A stretch of 64,000 bases of DNA from contig BAAIJX010000054.1 in NCBI GenBank assembly GCA_054600435.1, positions 1-64,000 of the forward strand. Reading direction: 5' to 3'. This document shows positions 46,868-59,695 of this stretch, piece after piece (the first letter of the stretch is position 1; the number at the start of each line of letters is the position of its first letter). The position numbers and the translations under genes are program-made. The notes under the pieces are model-generated. The model had not been told where the DNA came from. It saw only the letters and a list, made by a program, of their open reading frames with translations, and did no database searches. The stretch comes from Neophaeotheca triangularis. Its lineage: Eukaryota.

Positions 46868-49131
46868 TCACGGCCGTAGACCAGGAGGCTTGCCGGCAAT
46901 GTGCCTCTTGCGCTCCAATTCATACGACGTCGCCATGGCACAAGTATCAGTGTCCAAAACAGCAACGCTGAGCTCAGGCATGGAGAACTCAAAAGCGCCG
47001 TCCGCGTTGGCAGTGATAATCTCGAAGCTGGTCTCAACGATATAGCTCTGGGTGAGTGGGTCGTGGTAGGCCCATGGATCACCACTCGGGTTAGTCGCCA
47101 TGGAGAGGGAGGCTTCGGTACCAGGCTCGACACCCTCGAAGTGCACCGTAATGGGTACGGGCTCACTGTTGGTGGTGTTGTAGACGGCACCCTTCCAGAC
47201 GTAGGCACCGTCGCGCTCGTCGTCACGGCCGGCACCGTAGAAGGCGGGGTCTACGTCAAAGGTTAGCGATTCAGTCGGGCAGATGGAAATTCTTTTGAAC
47301 TCACCAAAGCCGGCAGGGCTGTCCACAGGCAAAGAGTGCGTAATCGGGTGGTGAGCGAAGAGGTCCCAGATATACCAGCTCGTGCTCCTCGTAGTCAGAG
47401 CGGGGTCGGCAGCGAACTGCACAATAGTGATGGACCATTGCCAGCGGTTCATGTTGCGCAGCACAGGTGCGTAATAAGTACCGCGCACACGCTCAATGTT
47501 GCGCTCGTAACCGATCATGGAGATGGCCTCACCAACGGAACCAATCCACCATGGGAATGGGTGCAAGTCTCCCTCGAAGCGAGACCCGTTGTTGACGTGT
47601 GTGGCGGCAACCTCGCCGACAATGTGCGAAAGCGTCTCGTTGTCGAAACGGTTGAACTCATCATAAAGGCCGTCGGGTTCGCGGTAGGGGTGCTAGATGA
47701 AGTGTTAGTCGGATAATATTCCTCTCGATACAGAAAGACGAAACTTACGTAGTCACCAACAACATCCTCGGGGAACGTGTGAGTGTTTGGAAAGCCATCA
47801 GTCGTGGCTCCAGAGTAGATCACGGTGATGTCGGGGTGTGCGGCGGTGATCGCCTCGTTGAACATGGGGAAGCGGTACTCTTCGTAGCTGTCCCAGCCCT
47901 CCGGGTATCCGGCAAGCCAATCTTCGTTGCCAACTTCGACATACTGGAGGTCAAATGGCTCAGGGTGGCCGAGTTCCGCACGACGAGCGCCCCAAGTCGA
48001 GTTAGCCGGGCCGCGAATGAACTCAATTTCCTCAAGAGCCAAGTCGATGAATTGCTGCAGCTCATCTTGGGGAGTGACGCTACCGTCCAAACTGAGACCA
48101 GCGTATACACCAACAACTATTAAAGGGTAAGCGGTTGTAATAAAATGCACCAAATGCGATGCCTGACTCACCGATAGGAGCGTTAAAGTCCTCGGCCCAC
48201 TCGAGGTATTCCATCAAACCCAAGCCGTGTGTCTGCTGGTAGTCCCACACGCCCTGGAAGCCGGGGCGGTATCGAAGAGGACCAATCGAGTCCTTCCAGT
48301 TCCAGAAGGTGGTGTTGGTAAGACCCTCCAACATGTTACCGCCGGGGAAGCGGATGATGTTGAGACCAGCCTCGTACAAAGATTCTGCGAGGTCGATGCG
48401 AAGACCGTTCTCACGTCCCATAAAGGTAGGTGGGAAGAGACTGATCAAGTTGAAGTCGAGGTATCCACTGGGTGCGCACTACGGGAACTGTTAGCTCGAG
48501 CCGAAAGTATCCTGATGCTATCCCCACCTACGGAAGAGTCGAAGGTGATGGCGAGCGTGTTGTTGCTGTTAGGTGCGTTTGTGTGAGGAACAAGCTCGTA
48601 CTTGTGCTCGACCCACTCGTCATCAGAGGTGCATTTCGATTCGACCTTTGTCGATCCAAAAACCTCATCAGTCAGGTTCGACTGCAGCGAAGCGGTGAAG
48701 TGGCCGTTGTAGTTGCCCTTGACCCAGAAAGATCCCTTGTACGTCTGACAGCGGACGTCCATACCCCAGTAGCCCTCGTTCTCGAATCCGATCTCACCGC
48801 GACCGCTGACACGCATTGAGACGGGAAGAACGTCGGAGAGCGGAGGCTCAACGCGGTGAAGGCTGAGGTTGGCGCCGTTGAGTGCGTGGTAGCCACCCAA
48901 GTTGACTGGATACTCCTCGCTGTACTGGAATGCGCGGTTGCGGACCAGTTCGGCGTAGATGCCGCCATCGCCAGAGTTGTTGATGTCTTCGTGGAGGAAG
49001 CCGTAGCGTGTCTGTCCATAGCCAGAATAGTTGCCACCAGAGGCGCTCACACTGATATCGATTGGCTCATGTTGAGCAGAGGCACAAGCTAGGGCGCCTA
49101 CAGCCACCAAGGCTTGTGTAAATGACACCAT
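46868..49131 (-). CDS. Secreted alpha-L-arabinofuranosidase (GH51), multi-exon
   Basis: Signal peptide, YGFLHEDINNSGDGGIYAELVRNRAFQ, IRFPGGNMLEG, GLGLMEYLEW, YVEVGNED, HPYREP and IGYERN...YAP. Confidence 0.93.
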
Positions 49132-51910
49132 CCTGAAGAGAGCAAGACCGTTGGAGGGAAATGTTTGGTGAAGAATGAACAGCCATTGCGGCGAGATGAA
49201 CCTTTATGTAGCCTGGCTCGAGATTATGCTCCACTGTTTGTCCGTGTTGCAAGGCAGTGGCTGGGATGCCGGTCTCTTGGGCGACGTCAATCAGGACATG
49301 GTATCGTGAGGGGTCTGCAGACTGCAGACTCAACTACATCCACCACTGTCCAGCCTCGTTCCTGAGTTCCTGACAGCGGTAGTTATCCCGACTATGCATT
49401 GCAGAACCAAGCTTGAACCAAGACGGGAGGTCCGCCTATAAGAACTTCCCCGCCCCGGATTCACCCACGACTGCGGGGCTAAGTGTGGAGTAGGGCTTTA
49501 ATTGAAAAGATGAGGTCCGGAATAATTCTTGATTTCACGCCTACCTGGGTAGGATATGGGACACTTACTAACTTATGTCGTCGCTACCTCACTGTCGTCG
49601 TGGGCCCTTCTCGCTTCCGAGCAACTCCAGCAAGATTTGGGTTTCTGAGCACATTGCGAGTAATTGCCCAAATAGACCTTTTGCATTTGTTGCCATACCG
49701 TGGAGCCAACGTCAAGTTAGAATCGGTGATTCGTTACGATGCTATAATTCAGATGCAGAGTAGTACGGTACTGAAGTAGACAATTACTGCATCACGCCAA
49801 ATTGAACCTCTCGGAGCAAGGAAAAGGAAGTCGCAAGTGTAGCGGGTGTCCGGTCATTATTGTGCGAACGGCAGTGCGCAGGGCTAATTGGCCAGCAGAC
49901 CATCGCCGTCATTCAGGGCACTGTTTAAGTGTCACCAGCTACAGTAGATCGTCGGGTAGTGAACGTTCCGGCTTCGTCAAGCAGTCGATTTCGCCAGCAC
50001 ATTGCAGCAGTATACTTCTACCTTCCAATTGCTGGTGTAGAAGCCCACAATCACATTCGACGAGCGAAGTGGCTTGCGAGCCTGATGCACGTCAACTTCT
50101 AGGCAATGGTCGGTACTGTTGGGTATGCTACGAGGCCATGACAGCTTGGCGAGCTCGTGCGGATGCGTCCACGAGTTTAGGAAGACTCCGTCATTTGCTC
50201 ACTACAGGCTGAGGGGCGTTCATTTTCACCGTCGCTAATGGAGCGACTTGTGGCCCGGCCCCTACAAGCGAGGTGGTTGTTAGAAGAAGGATGATCGCGG
50301 GGTGCGCGGCGCATTGAGAAGCTCCACAATAAGATTCTCTGGACTCTCAATTTGAAATGAACATGGCTTGATATTCTGATTGAAATTTCAACATGTTAGT
50401 GGCTGTAGGGTATGATAAGTTGGGCTTCAAGTAGTAACCAGTTGCTCGAAGACTGTAGGACAGTAGAGGTGGGTTTTTGTCGTGGATACAGGAAAGGACA
50501 TGTCGTCCCAACCCAGCCGGGTCTCCACACTGCCGATACCGGACGAAAGCACGTGGATACCTCCTACCGTTACTCGCTGCAACTTCAACGTCGTCTCATG
50601 CCGCTGAAAAGGTGTCTTTACTTGTGAAAGGCCACAGTAGAGTCTCGCAGCACATGTCTACAACACATAATGTCGGGATTGCTCTCGAATCACCCGTCTA
50701 CCGGACTTCATGCCAGGATTGAGCATCCGGAACTCAATACCAGCTACTAGTGATGCTTCCTACGGCATTATGTCTGTCGTCAACCACGTACCCGCCGCAT
50801 GATGCGCGCTCGTCTTCCGTAGGCATGAAATTGCTTCTGGGCTTCGCGGCTATGCGCAGCGATAAAGGGGTGTTTGCGAAAAGGAATTGCTGGATGGTCG
50901 AGTCGAGATCAAGAGGAAGCCTAGGATTACAACCCCTTCGAGCTGGAAATTGGCGGGAGCGCGTGATGAGCGATCATGAAGTGGATGGTTCAATCGCTCA
51001 CATGGGCGATGGAGTAGAAAGAGCGGGAACGGAAAGATTCTCGCTGCTCCTCGAAGTTTTTCACAATTCCTCGGCAACCACATGAGCATCCCCTTGCTTC
51101 AGCACGAAGAGTTGCATCGCTAGAAGGCCATCCTCCACGGTCCCTTCATGTGCCTTGCGATTCATTGTCAATGGGAAGCCATCGATAGCCGCTCCGGTTC
51201 CGTGTTCACTGCAGGGTCTCTTTGGGGAATCGAGGATACCTGGTGCCCTTGTTTGGCCTGCACTTGCCTCGTGGTCACCTGGGAGATTGTGGAGCTCCAA
51301 CAAAAGCCTCTCAGTGGCGTCCTGCATTCGCTCGCGAACCACTTGAGTTGTGTACGGTGGGAGAGATGCTTCGATATACACCGTAGCACCTGACTCCTGA
51401 ACCCGCCTCCTGCTGCCGACTTCGTCCACGCAAAAACCGTCGATCGGGATAGTAGGTCCTTGGTATCCTGGATCTGTATTGGCCTTGCCTGTTCATCGCT
51501 GCGCAAGAGAAAGCAGTACATCACCGCGAGCGGAAAGGTCTCATCTTGATGTGGGAAGGATGAGGTCAATGCAAGCAAGTATTTGCGGCAGAGAGGTGCT
51601 GCTTGACGGTTGGTGCTGTTTGCCTAAGGCCACCAGCGCATATTCGTCCACGCCGAGGAACATCGCGACAATAACCCGCAGAGGCCACTGCATTGGTTGG
51701 AGGTGTCCGGATGGTATTCTCGAAAGAGTGAAACAGTATCGTGTAAGAAGGGGCGAGCTGTCAAGGGAGAACGTAAGTGTTATTCAGGCATCGCGACGAC
51801 TTCACGCAATATTTTCCAGTCTATATGACCAGCCCTCGAAAAGATGACATAACAATCCGCCTAGGTCTCTTCTCTCGAAGAAGAGCTTGCCATACCCCAA
51901 GCTCTGTGGT

Positions 51911-52067
51911 GGAGATTTGGTGTAGCGGGAAACCATCGGGCTCTTAACCAGAGGGATATACGGCGCGAACTAGAGGCCCGTATATTTGGAGCTAACGGAG
52001 TACTACCCCCGGTTGTTTGAAGTTCGAACCGCGTTCCATCCACGCAATTCGAGCGAATTTTTTTTTT
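51911..52067 (+). ncRNA. tRNA-like Pol III unit or tRNA pseudogene (CTT anticodon-like loop, ~60-nt intron)
   Basis: A-box TGGTGTAGCGG at 51918 and anticodon stem TCGGG/CCCGG. B-box-like GTTCGAACC at 52022 and a T10 run at 52058. The acceptor and T stems pair poorly. Confidence 0.45.
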
Positions 52068-52853
52068 GTTCTTTTTGGACAATTCTATAGACCACCTGCA
52101 GTTCATACCTAAACCGCGCCTTGAGCCATGACGTCGTGCAACCAAGTGGACCCAATGATATCGTGCTTCCCATACCACATTGAGATTGCACGGGGCCTAA
52201 TGTGGCCATTGAGTTACTTTCTTACTTTCATTGTAGTTGCAGATATCTAAGGTACCTGTAGGCTGCAAACCAGCAAAATGCCGTGCAGCAGATGCTTAGT
52301 CATCGCCTGCCCTCGCTCGACTTCACCACCTGCCTCACACACTCCAACGCTCCCGCCCTAAAGTGTTTACTATAGGAGTGAACCGAGTTGTATATCATGC
52401 AGTATTCTCAGCCGATAGCGACTTACAAGTAATGCTCCCATCTGCAAAATCTAGCTGACTGACATGGCAGTCAATTGAGAAAGCCCGTTTGGCACCTACG
52501 AAGCCGACCAAAGCAGTACCTAGCCACCTCCAGAACACCATCTGCACACTCCAGGTCGGGATGGTCTTTTGAAACCAAAAAAAAAAAGGCCCCATTAATC
52601 ATCAAAACTCGTATGATGATGTTGTTCTGATAACAGGTCTCAGTCCCTTGACATATTATCATACTGTACTCAGGGCTCATCAGAATTGGTTACCACCCCA
52701 ACAGAGGCTGTGCCACCTTGAAACCTGCAAAGGGTCGTGCCTTCCTTTTGGAGCTGTGTGGAAGCAGCCGGTGTGGCGCAGGACGCTAGTGATCGTCCAC
52801 AATATCTCCCACTTTTCCACCGACTTCCTCTTCACTCACCACTTACAACTCAC

Positions 52854-52892
52854 CACTCATCACTCATCACTCATCACTCATCACTCATCACT
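52854..52892. repeat. (CACTCAT)n 7-mer tandem repeat just upstream of the chromodomain gene
   Basis: About 5.5 consecutive copies are visible. Confidence 0.85.
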
Positions 52893-52917
52893 ACTTCCAC
52901 ATCGCCACGAAGTAGCC

Positions 52918-55900
52918 ATGGATTCAATGGCGAGACGCAACACCGGACCCTTCATGGATGAATCGTCCACAGAAGACTCCATCGCGACCAATACGACGGA
53001 GGAGAGCGAGGGAACGGACATGTACGACGTTGAGAAGATCCTTTGCGAAGCTGACAATGGCGAGGGTCAAGTCATGTACCTAGTGCTATGGGATGGTAAG
53101 TTCTGCATCGGAGTCGCTTGCGAGCTGAATCTGACGACTCATTTGTCTTCCAGGTTATCCACTTCACAGAGCCACCTATGAACCTGCCGAGTCCTTCCCG
53201 GACGATACCCCCCTTCAAGAGTGGCGCGACACCAAAGAGCGTATCGCAAGAGGTGAAGAATTCGACTTTGACCCTAACAAATATGAGGCTGCTTGCTTCG
53301 AAGCCGAAGACGCCAGAGAGAAGCGTCTTGAACGACGCAAAGCGAAGAGAAGAAAGCGGGAACGAAAATCAGTCGAAAAGCAGCTCCATCGCAGTATTCA
53401 CCAAAAGCCTGTGGAAAGCAGTGATGACGATCAGCCATTGTCAAAAGTCCGCTCTCAGAAGAAGTCATCCGCTCTGCACCCGCGCAAAAAGGGGGTTGCT
53501 CGCAAAGTCCAGAGGAAGCAATCAGGTTCTGAAGACAGCGATCTGGCAGGCTCCGCGTCAGGCACAGATCATCCGAAGGAGCCGGATAAACCCAGCGAAA
53601 TTTACATGGCTGCGCCTGTTGCTCGAATGACCGCGCCTGTAGCTAACATGGGCGGTCCGGGTGTCGAAGCGATATCTCCTCCGGCTCTGGACCAGCCTCA
53701 AGCCGCACATCCTTCTGCGTTGACGAGAACTCCATTCGATCCGAAGGTGGCTCCTGCATCGTCTACTGCTACCAAAGCCTCTGGGACTCCAGCAGAGACC
53801 GGTACGGGAAAGCGCAACTCCCTACCTTCTACAACCTCCCATCTTCAAGAAGACAGGGTTCTTGGGAAAGCTAGAGGGGACGACAGGCCACCGCCGCCTT
53901 CGGCAACAACAATGCCTAAGACGAGCGGGCCGAGGCGCAAGAGTTCTCTTGGCACCGAGAAGAAGACGGGACAACAAGCACAGGCGAGGCGTACCTCTCT
54001 GGGGAATGGCGAGGCAGGGAAAGAGGCACCAAAGTTCTTTAGAACGCCGTCTCAAAGGTGGCATGCAGAGAAGAGGGGGCGAGAAGAGCTGGCGCCTCCA
54101 GACCCGGACTATCTCCCCACCATCGACCCGAGGACAGGCAAAGTCACCCCGGCAAAGAAACAGCCACCAAAAGATCCAGAGCATCAATTCCCCAGCGTGT
54201 ATTCAAGACGCAGTCCGCCGCGAGCGAATGAGCCGGTGCTTGCTGAGCGCCAGCAGAGCCCTCCTCGGCCCGTGCTGGCACCACCAGCGCCAGAGCCAAT
54301 GCCACCAACGAGGTCAGGAAATTTCAAAATGCCGGATGTCTGCCACTTCTGGCAAATTGGTAGATGCCGGAAAAATGCCTTGAGCTGCAAGTTCTTCCAC
54401 ATGGAAGCGCCAAAGCAGCAAGTCACTTGCCGTCGTTGGAAGAAAAACGATTGCTTGAACGTTATGTGCCAATTCGCCCACACTGACACTGGAATTTATT
54501 CCCTTTCGGGGCTGGTCGCAAAGATCGCCAATGACCTCCCGAAGGATTCAGCGCCGCCGTACGCCTTTGGTGGAAGTCGTGTTGCCCCAGAGACCTCCTT
54601 CGATGCCCCTGACCCTGTTGTTTCACCACCGCCAGCTCAGACCGATCTCGCCTTAGCCAGCGCTCCGAAGTCGTGGTCTCAGCTAGGATCTCTCATTGGA
54701 GGGGTGGAGCAACCGGCCCCAGCAGCATTCGCTTTTGGTGGTGGAGCCCCAGAAGTTGCTTCGAGGCATTTCAGTTTCAATGCGCCCAGGCCAGCGTTGC
54801 AAGCACCACCAACACAGGCACCACCAGCACGACCACCATCAGCACAAGCCCAAGCATCATTAGCCCAAGCACCACCGACCCAGGCACCACCGACCCAGTC
54901 ACCTCAAGTTCCAGCGCCACCGTTCCAAGAATTGCCTGGTAGAGTGTACTCCAAGCACAAGGAGGTGTGGGGTCCAGCAATCTGGAACAAATGCCCCGTC
55001 GTCGATCTTCCGGCGAAGTGTCCAACTCTGACGGAGGAGCAGATCGATAACCATGTCAAAGATCTAGACATGAGCATGTTTCTTGCGAAAGCTCACTACA
55101 GCCAGGATTCGCCGGAGAGGAGCGTTCTTCTGATGTATCCTTTGTCCGACCAATACCACATGAAGGCTCTGGCAACTAGATTTTCCGGAGCTGGATGCAG
55201 AACCACCATGGTCTCTGATATAGAACATTACAAGAAGACATGGACCGACTACGTAAGTTCACGCGTGTCCGGCATTGTTGTGCTTCATCCCGAGTGGGAT
55301 ACGGGTGACTTGCCATCTCTGGGGAAGTTTCTGGAGAAGTCGAACATTCAGTTCTTCACCGTCGGCATTACCACTGGATACAATATGCATAAGGATAGGA
55401 TGAACCTCACACGGTACCAGCGCCTTCCACAGCCGGATGAGTACTACAATTACTATTCAGCACACCGCCTCTTTCCGGGGGGAGACATCACGCTCATCAC
55501 CGACACTATCTTCGCGCACTACCCACAAGAAGCCATTAAGATCCTTGTGAAGTTCCAGGAAGTCGAGGATGCCAAACCACAAGGAAGCACTCACAGTCAG
55601 AACAAGATTGCGACTCGCCCTTTTGTGCATGTATACCTGCACGAGTTACTCGATTGTCTGCGTGAGAGAGAGGGTCCAGAGAACGAGTTTTCCGAGAACA
55701 AGAAGGCTCCATTCTTCCTCACGAAAGCTATGGATAGAGTCTGCCACATGCCCAACGACATGGAATACCTGATCCGCCCGACCCCTGAACAAAGCGAGGA
55801 CCCAAGTTGGAATGGCATAATCATGCCCAAAAAGGACTCGAACCTACTCTACGCCTCCCCACACCAATGGCTCGGCCAACCCTACCACTTCCCCGTCGAC

Positions 55901-56188
55901 TTCGTCAAAGAGCCCGTCGACGAAATCAAAGCCGCCATCGCCTTACTCATGTGGTTCTCATACCACACCCAGACCCACCGCCACTTGCACCGCAACTACT
56001 TCATGATCGTTTCGCCCGACCAATTCGAAACCCCCCACCTGAAGAAGTTTGTCTCTTCCAATGCTGCACATGTCCAGCTCGTGACTCCGGAGATGTGGTT
56101 GCAGAGGATGGATGCCAGGCAGATGAATCAAAAGGAGAGGGATGGGCGCGGGAAGCGGGAAGCTGATGCTACTGCTGGTGGACAATAG
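52918..56188 (+). CDS. Chromodomain protein with two CCCH zinc fingers, 2 exons
   Basis: YDVEKILCE...YLVLWDG|YPLHRATYEP forms a chromodomain across intron 53096-53153, in frame with the 53411 ORF. Fingers are CHFWQIGRCRKNALSCKFFH and CRRWKKNDCLNVMCQFAH. Confidence 0.85.
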
Positions 56189-57848
56189 GATGTCGGCCGG
56201 GAGCGCGAAGCAAGGGAGAGTAAGAGGCGGAAGATGCTGAGTGAAAATGTGGCTACCTGAGCTAGAGACATCGACGGAGGGCCGCATTGGCCCGTGATGG
56301 ATGACACGGGTCGCATAATCCGTCCCAGTATTGCGTAGATAGACTGCGAGCGACACATTGATAGGGGCAGCTGTCGCTTTTCCAGTAGCATACGTTAGTC
56401 ATAGTAAGTATCCAATCCTGAGAAATACGCATTCAGGTAGGTCGAGATTCGGGCCTAGCACATGTCAACATTTTCCGTGCCTCGAGTGTGCCACGCGCCC
56501 TCTTAAACACGCAGTGACAACTCGCACAACCATATTCCTCTAACCTAAGCTCAGATCCTCAAGACTCCCTTTCACACCTTGTAAGCACTCGGATTAAATA
56601 GCGGTCCTTCCCTTCTCGTGCAAACCAAACTCTAACCCTCATCTAGCCAGCCCAGCCACTTACAGCCAACATCAAATACCAAGGCCATTCCCAAGACACG
56701 CGAACTGACTCGCCATTCCCAGGCAGCAGCAACGTCCACTCAGCACTTTGAGAGACACAGACCAAGGCAGGCAAATACAGCGGGACCGAGTGCAGACAGA
56801 GGAACAGACAGGGGGAAGCCTCCTGGTAAAAGTTAACAGGAGTTTCATTTCCAAGCCAACCAACTTATCCAGCCCCGCGTAGAAAAGTCTATATAGTCGT
56901 GCATGACCATCCCAAACCTTCCTACCCAAGCCAATCCATCCATCCATCCATCCATCCGTCTATTCGGTTTCCCATTTCCCTTCCCACCTAAACCAGTCAA
57001 GCGCACGCAACCCATTGTCGCCCATCCCAAGCCGATCGTGCCCATCCTTTCCCAAAGCCTAGGTACTCGAGTCGACCATCACGTCGTTTTGACACAAGTC
57101 TCTGCACTCGCGTGTCAGTCCAGCCCAAAACACCCATCACGAAGATCAAGCTGTCTGCGAAACCCTCAAAGCCCCTGTCGTTTTCCTTGACCCGAAGCCG
57201 GGGGGCAACGAGAATTCCTCACGCGCGCGAAAAGCCACCGCAGTGCAAACGCATTCTTTCCTCGCACCCTCCCTCAACACTCGCCAGGAAACTATTGCAA
57301 ATCGGGTCATGCAGAGCGGTCGCAACCTGAACCCGGGGTCGGAGGAGATTTTCCGGCGATGGGTCGTCCCATGTGAAATGGTTCGTTCAACCATGTGAAT
57401 GGTTTCGACAGGGAGGTTTTGAACACCCGGCGACTCTCTCACAGGTCCGAGCAGGGGTTGAGGCTGCTTGCGTGGAACAAGCGATGGTGTGAGGGTGTGT
57501 AGCTGCCTGCCTGCCCCTCGCTCAAGCAGGACGAAAATAATAATAATCCTGCTCCCCGGCCGGAGTCGGGCCTTGGCCCAGTGAGCGCCGTTGAAGAAGC
57601 TGGTGCAAGCCGATTGGCACGATTTCTTCATTCGTCGAATCGTGACACCCCTGACTTCTGTAAAAAGCCAAAAGTTGACCGAGTGAAGTCACCGAGCACG
57701 CTGACTGTGGTCCCACGGGGTGGACGATGCTGGAGCGACGCAGCCAAAAAGGGGGCTCAAATGTCCTGTCCCGAAAGCTTGCATCTCCGTATCCAAAAAG
57801 CCAGAGGCTTTCCTCTCACACACCATTCGAAATCACTTCTCCACCTCC

Positions 57849-59695
57849 CTACGAATGCAGCAAATCCCAAGCCCTTTCACAAAGTCTCAAAAACTCTTCC
57901 CTCTTACGCTCAGCACTCATGCCCTGCCTCCAAGCCCTCTCTCTCCTCTGCTCTTCCTCCTCTTCCTCTCCATACCCGCCGTAACCTCCAGCGCCGGCGC
58001 CGTATCCGTGTCCATATCCATTTCCAAAACTAGCCGCACCACCTTCCTCACCGCCAGATCTGCCGAAACCGCGACCAAAGCTCGAAGGCCCGGCTGTTCG
58101 TTTGGCTTCGGGGTATGAGTGTTGATTTTCGGGCGGGCTGCCGTTGTCGCGCTCAAACTCGTCGCGGTTGCGGCGCCGGGGGCCGTTGGTACTGGCTGTG
58201 CGGGCAAAAGTGTCGATGGGGCGGGCGCCGGCTGGGCCATAGGCAGAGGCGCCTGCTGTAGCTGGTGCGGTAGGGGGAGGATGATCGGGGAGATTGAAGG
58301 TGGTGCGAGGGCCTGCCGTGTTGGGCTGCTCACGGGTGGCGTACGAGGCGTGTTGGGGCTGCGGGTTTTGGTGTTGGGCGTTTTGTTGTTGGTGATACGG
58401 ATGTTGAGGTGGTAGAGGAGATGGCGGTGTTGGTGGTTGGACTCCACCGTAATGGACGACTTTTGGGAGGAGTTCGTCGCGGCCGCCAGAGAGACCCTGG
58501 ACTGCTTCCTCTGCAGAGCGGAATTCCCGCTGGCGTGAATTGGGTGGAGCATTGCTGCTGGGTTGAGTCTGGTGCTGGGATGGCGGAGGGAAAGAAGGCG
58601 AGGGCACTGGTGGTGGGGCCGGGTTAGAGCGTTGGTTTGGGCTGTAGTTGTCCCCGGTCCGTGGTGCGTCGAGGCGATCGTTGGCAAACACATCGGCGAT
58701 GGGGGGGAGGCGGTTGTTGGTTTGTGTCGCGGGTATATGGTGGATATGACTTGTTTGGGAGAGACCGCTGGGACCGTGCTGGGCGTGACGTGAGTATGGG
58801 TGCTGACTGTCTCCCGGGTGAAGACCAGTGAAAGTTTGATGGAGTGGTGCGGACTGTATCACCCGGTCGTGTGCAAACTGCTCTGCTGAAGGGGCGGCAA
58901 TGGAGAGGCCGGGTGGTGGACCTTTCCGCCGCGAGGTCGCGGGTGTGCGAGTCTGGACGCCAAACAGGGTTGTGTCTTGAGCCGTCTGTGGTGTTTCATC
59001 TGAACTTCCCGGCTTGCCTCCTTTTTGTCGTGCCTCTATTATCATCCGCTGCTGGTCTCGTACGTCCAAACTCCGCTGAAGTTGTTCGCGCATTGCCGGG
59101 TCGTGGGTCGCAAAGCCTGGCGATAGACAGGCCAGTCCTACATCTTGAATTGCCAAACCTGCCGACTCTCGAGATGTTAGAGGACCCGAAGGCCTCGCGG
59201 TTTGTGGTCCGCGACTGTTGGAGAGGGTAGAGGACAGATCTAGGCGCTTCGGCCGTGGACGTGATGTCGGCATCGAAGGGGAAGAGCCGGGCTCTCTCTT
59301 TACTTTTACGGGTTGAGGTGGTCCAGCCCGGTGCCTAAGGAATGGGTATTAGTCTTTCTGACTTTTCGACTTCTGATCGCAAACGCAGTTACTCACGATG
59401 TCGGCGATGTCTTCCCGCTGCCTGTGCCTGTGCCTGCACCTGAAGTCGCACCTTTGTCGGCAGACCCTGGCTGTCTCTGTGCGCCGCCCGTAGTGGGCGA
59501 GCCGTTACTCCTCGCCCGTTTCGAAGCCGGTTCAACGCTGGCCGGCGCCGATGTGATGGTGTTGTTGTGACTGTTGCTGCTGTTTACGCTGTTACTGGGA
59601 GGCGCGGGACCCATGGACGTGAACGAGTGATGCGGAGAGACACGATCAACTCCAGAAGGCAATGCTGGGGTGGGTGTAGCAACAGCGGTCGACAT
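57849..59695 (-). CDS. Largely disordered fungal protein with MAPK-docking-like motifs (possibly Dig1-like), 2 exons
   Basis: Intron ~59396-59335 (GTGAGT...CTAAT...TAG). Ordered-looking blocks GLACLSPGF...LQRSLDVRDQQRMIIE and KREEFLRLCERAWDL. Confidence 0.7.

Noticed and set aside
50640..51850. Overlapping minus-strand ORF fragments as a pseudogene
   Set aside because: No recognisable domain, so a call cannot be supported without a homology search.
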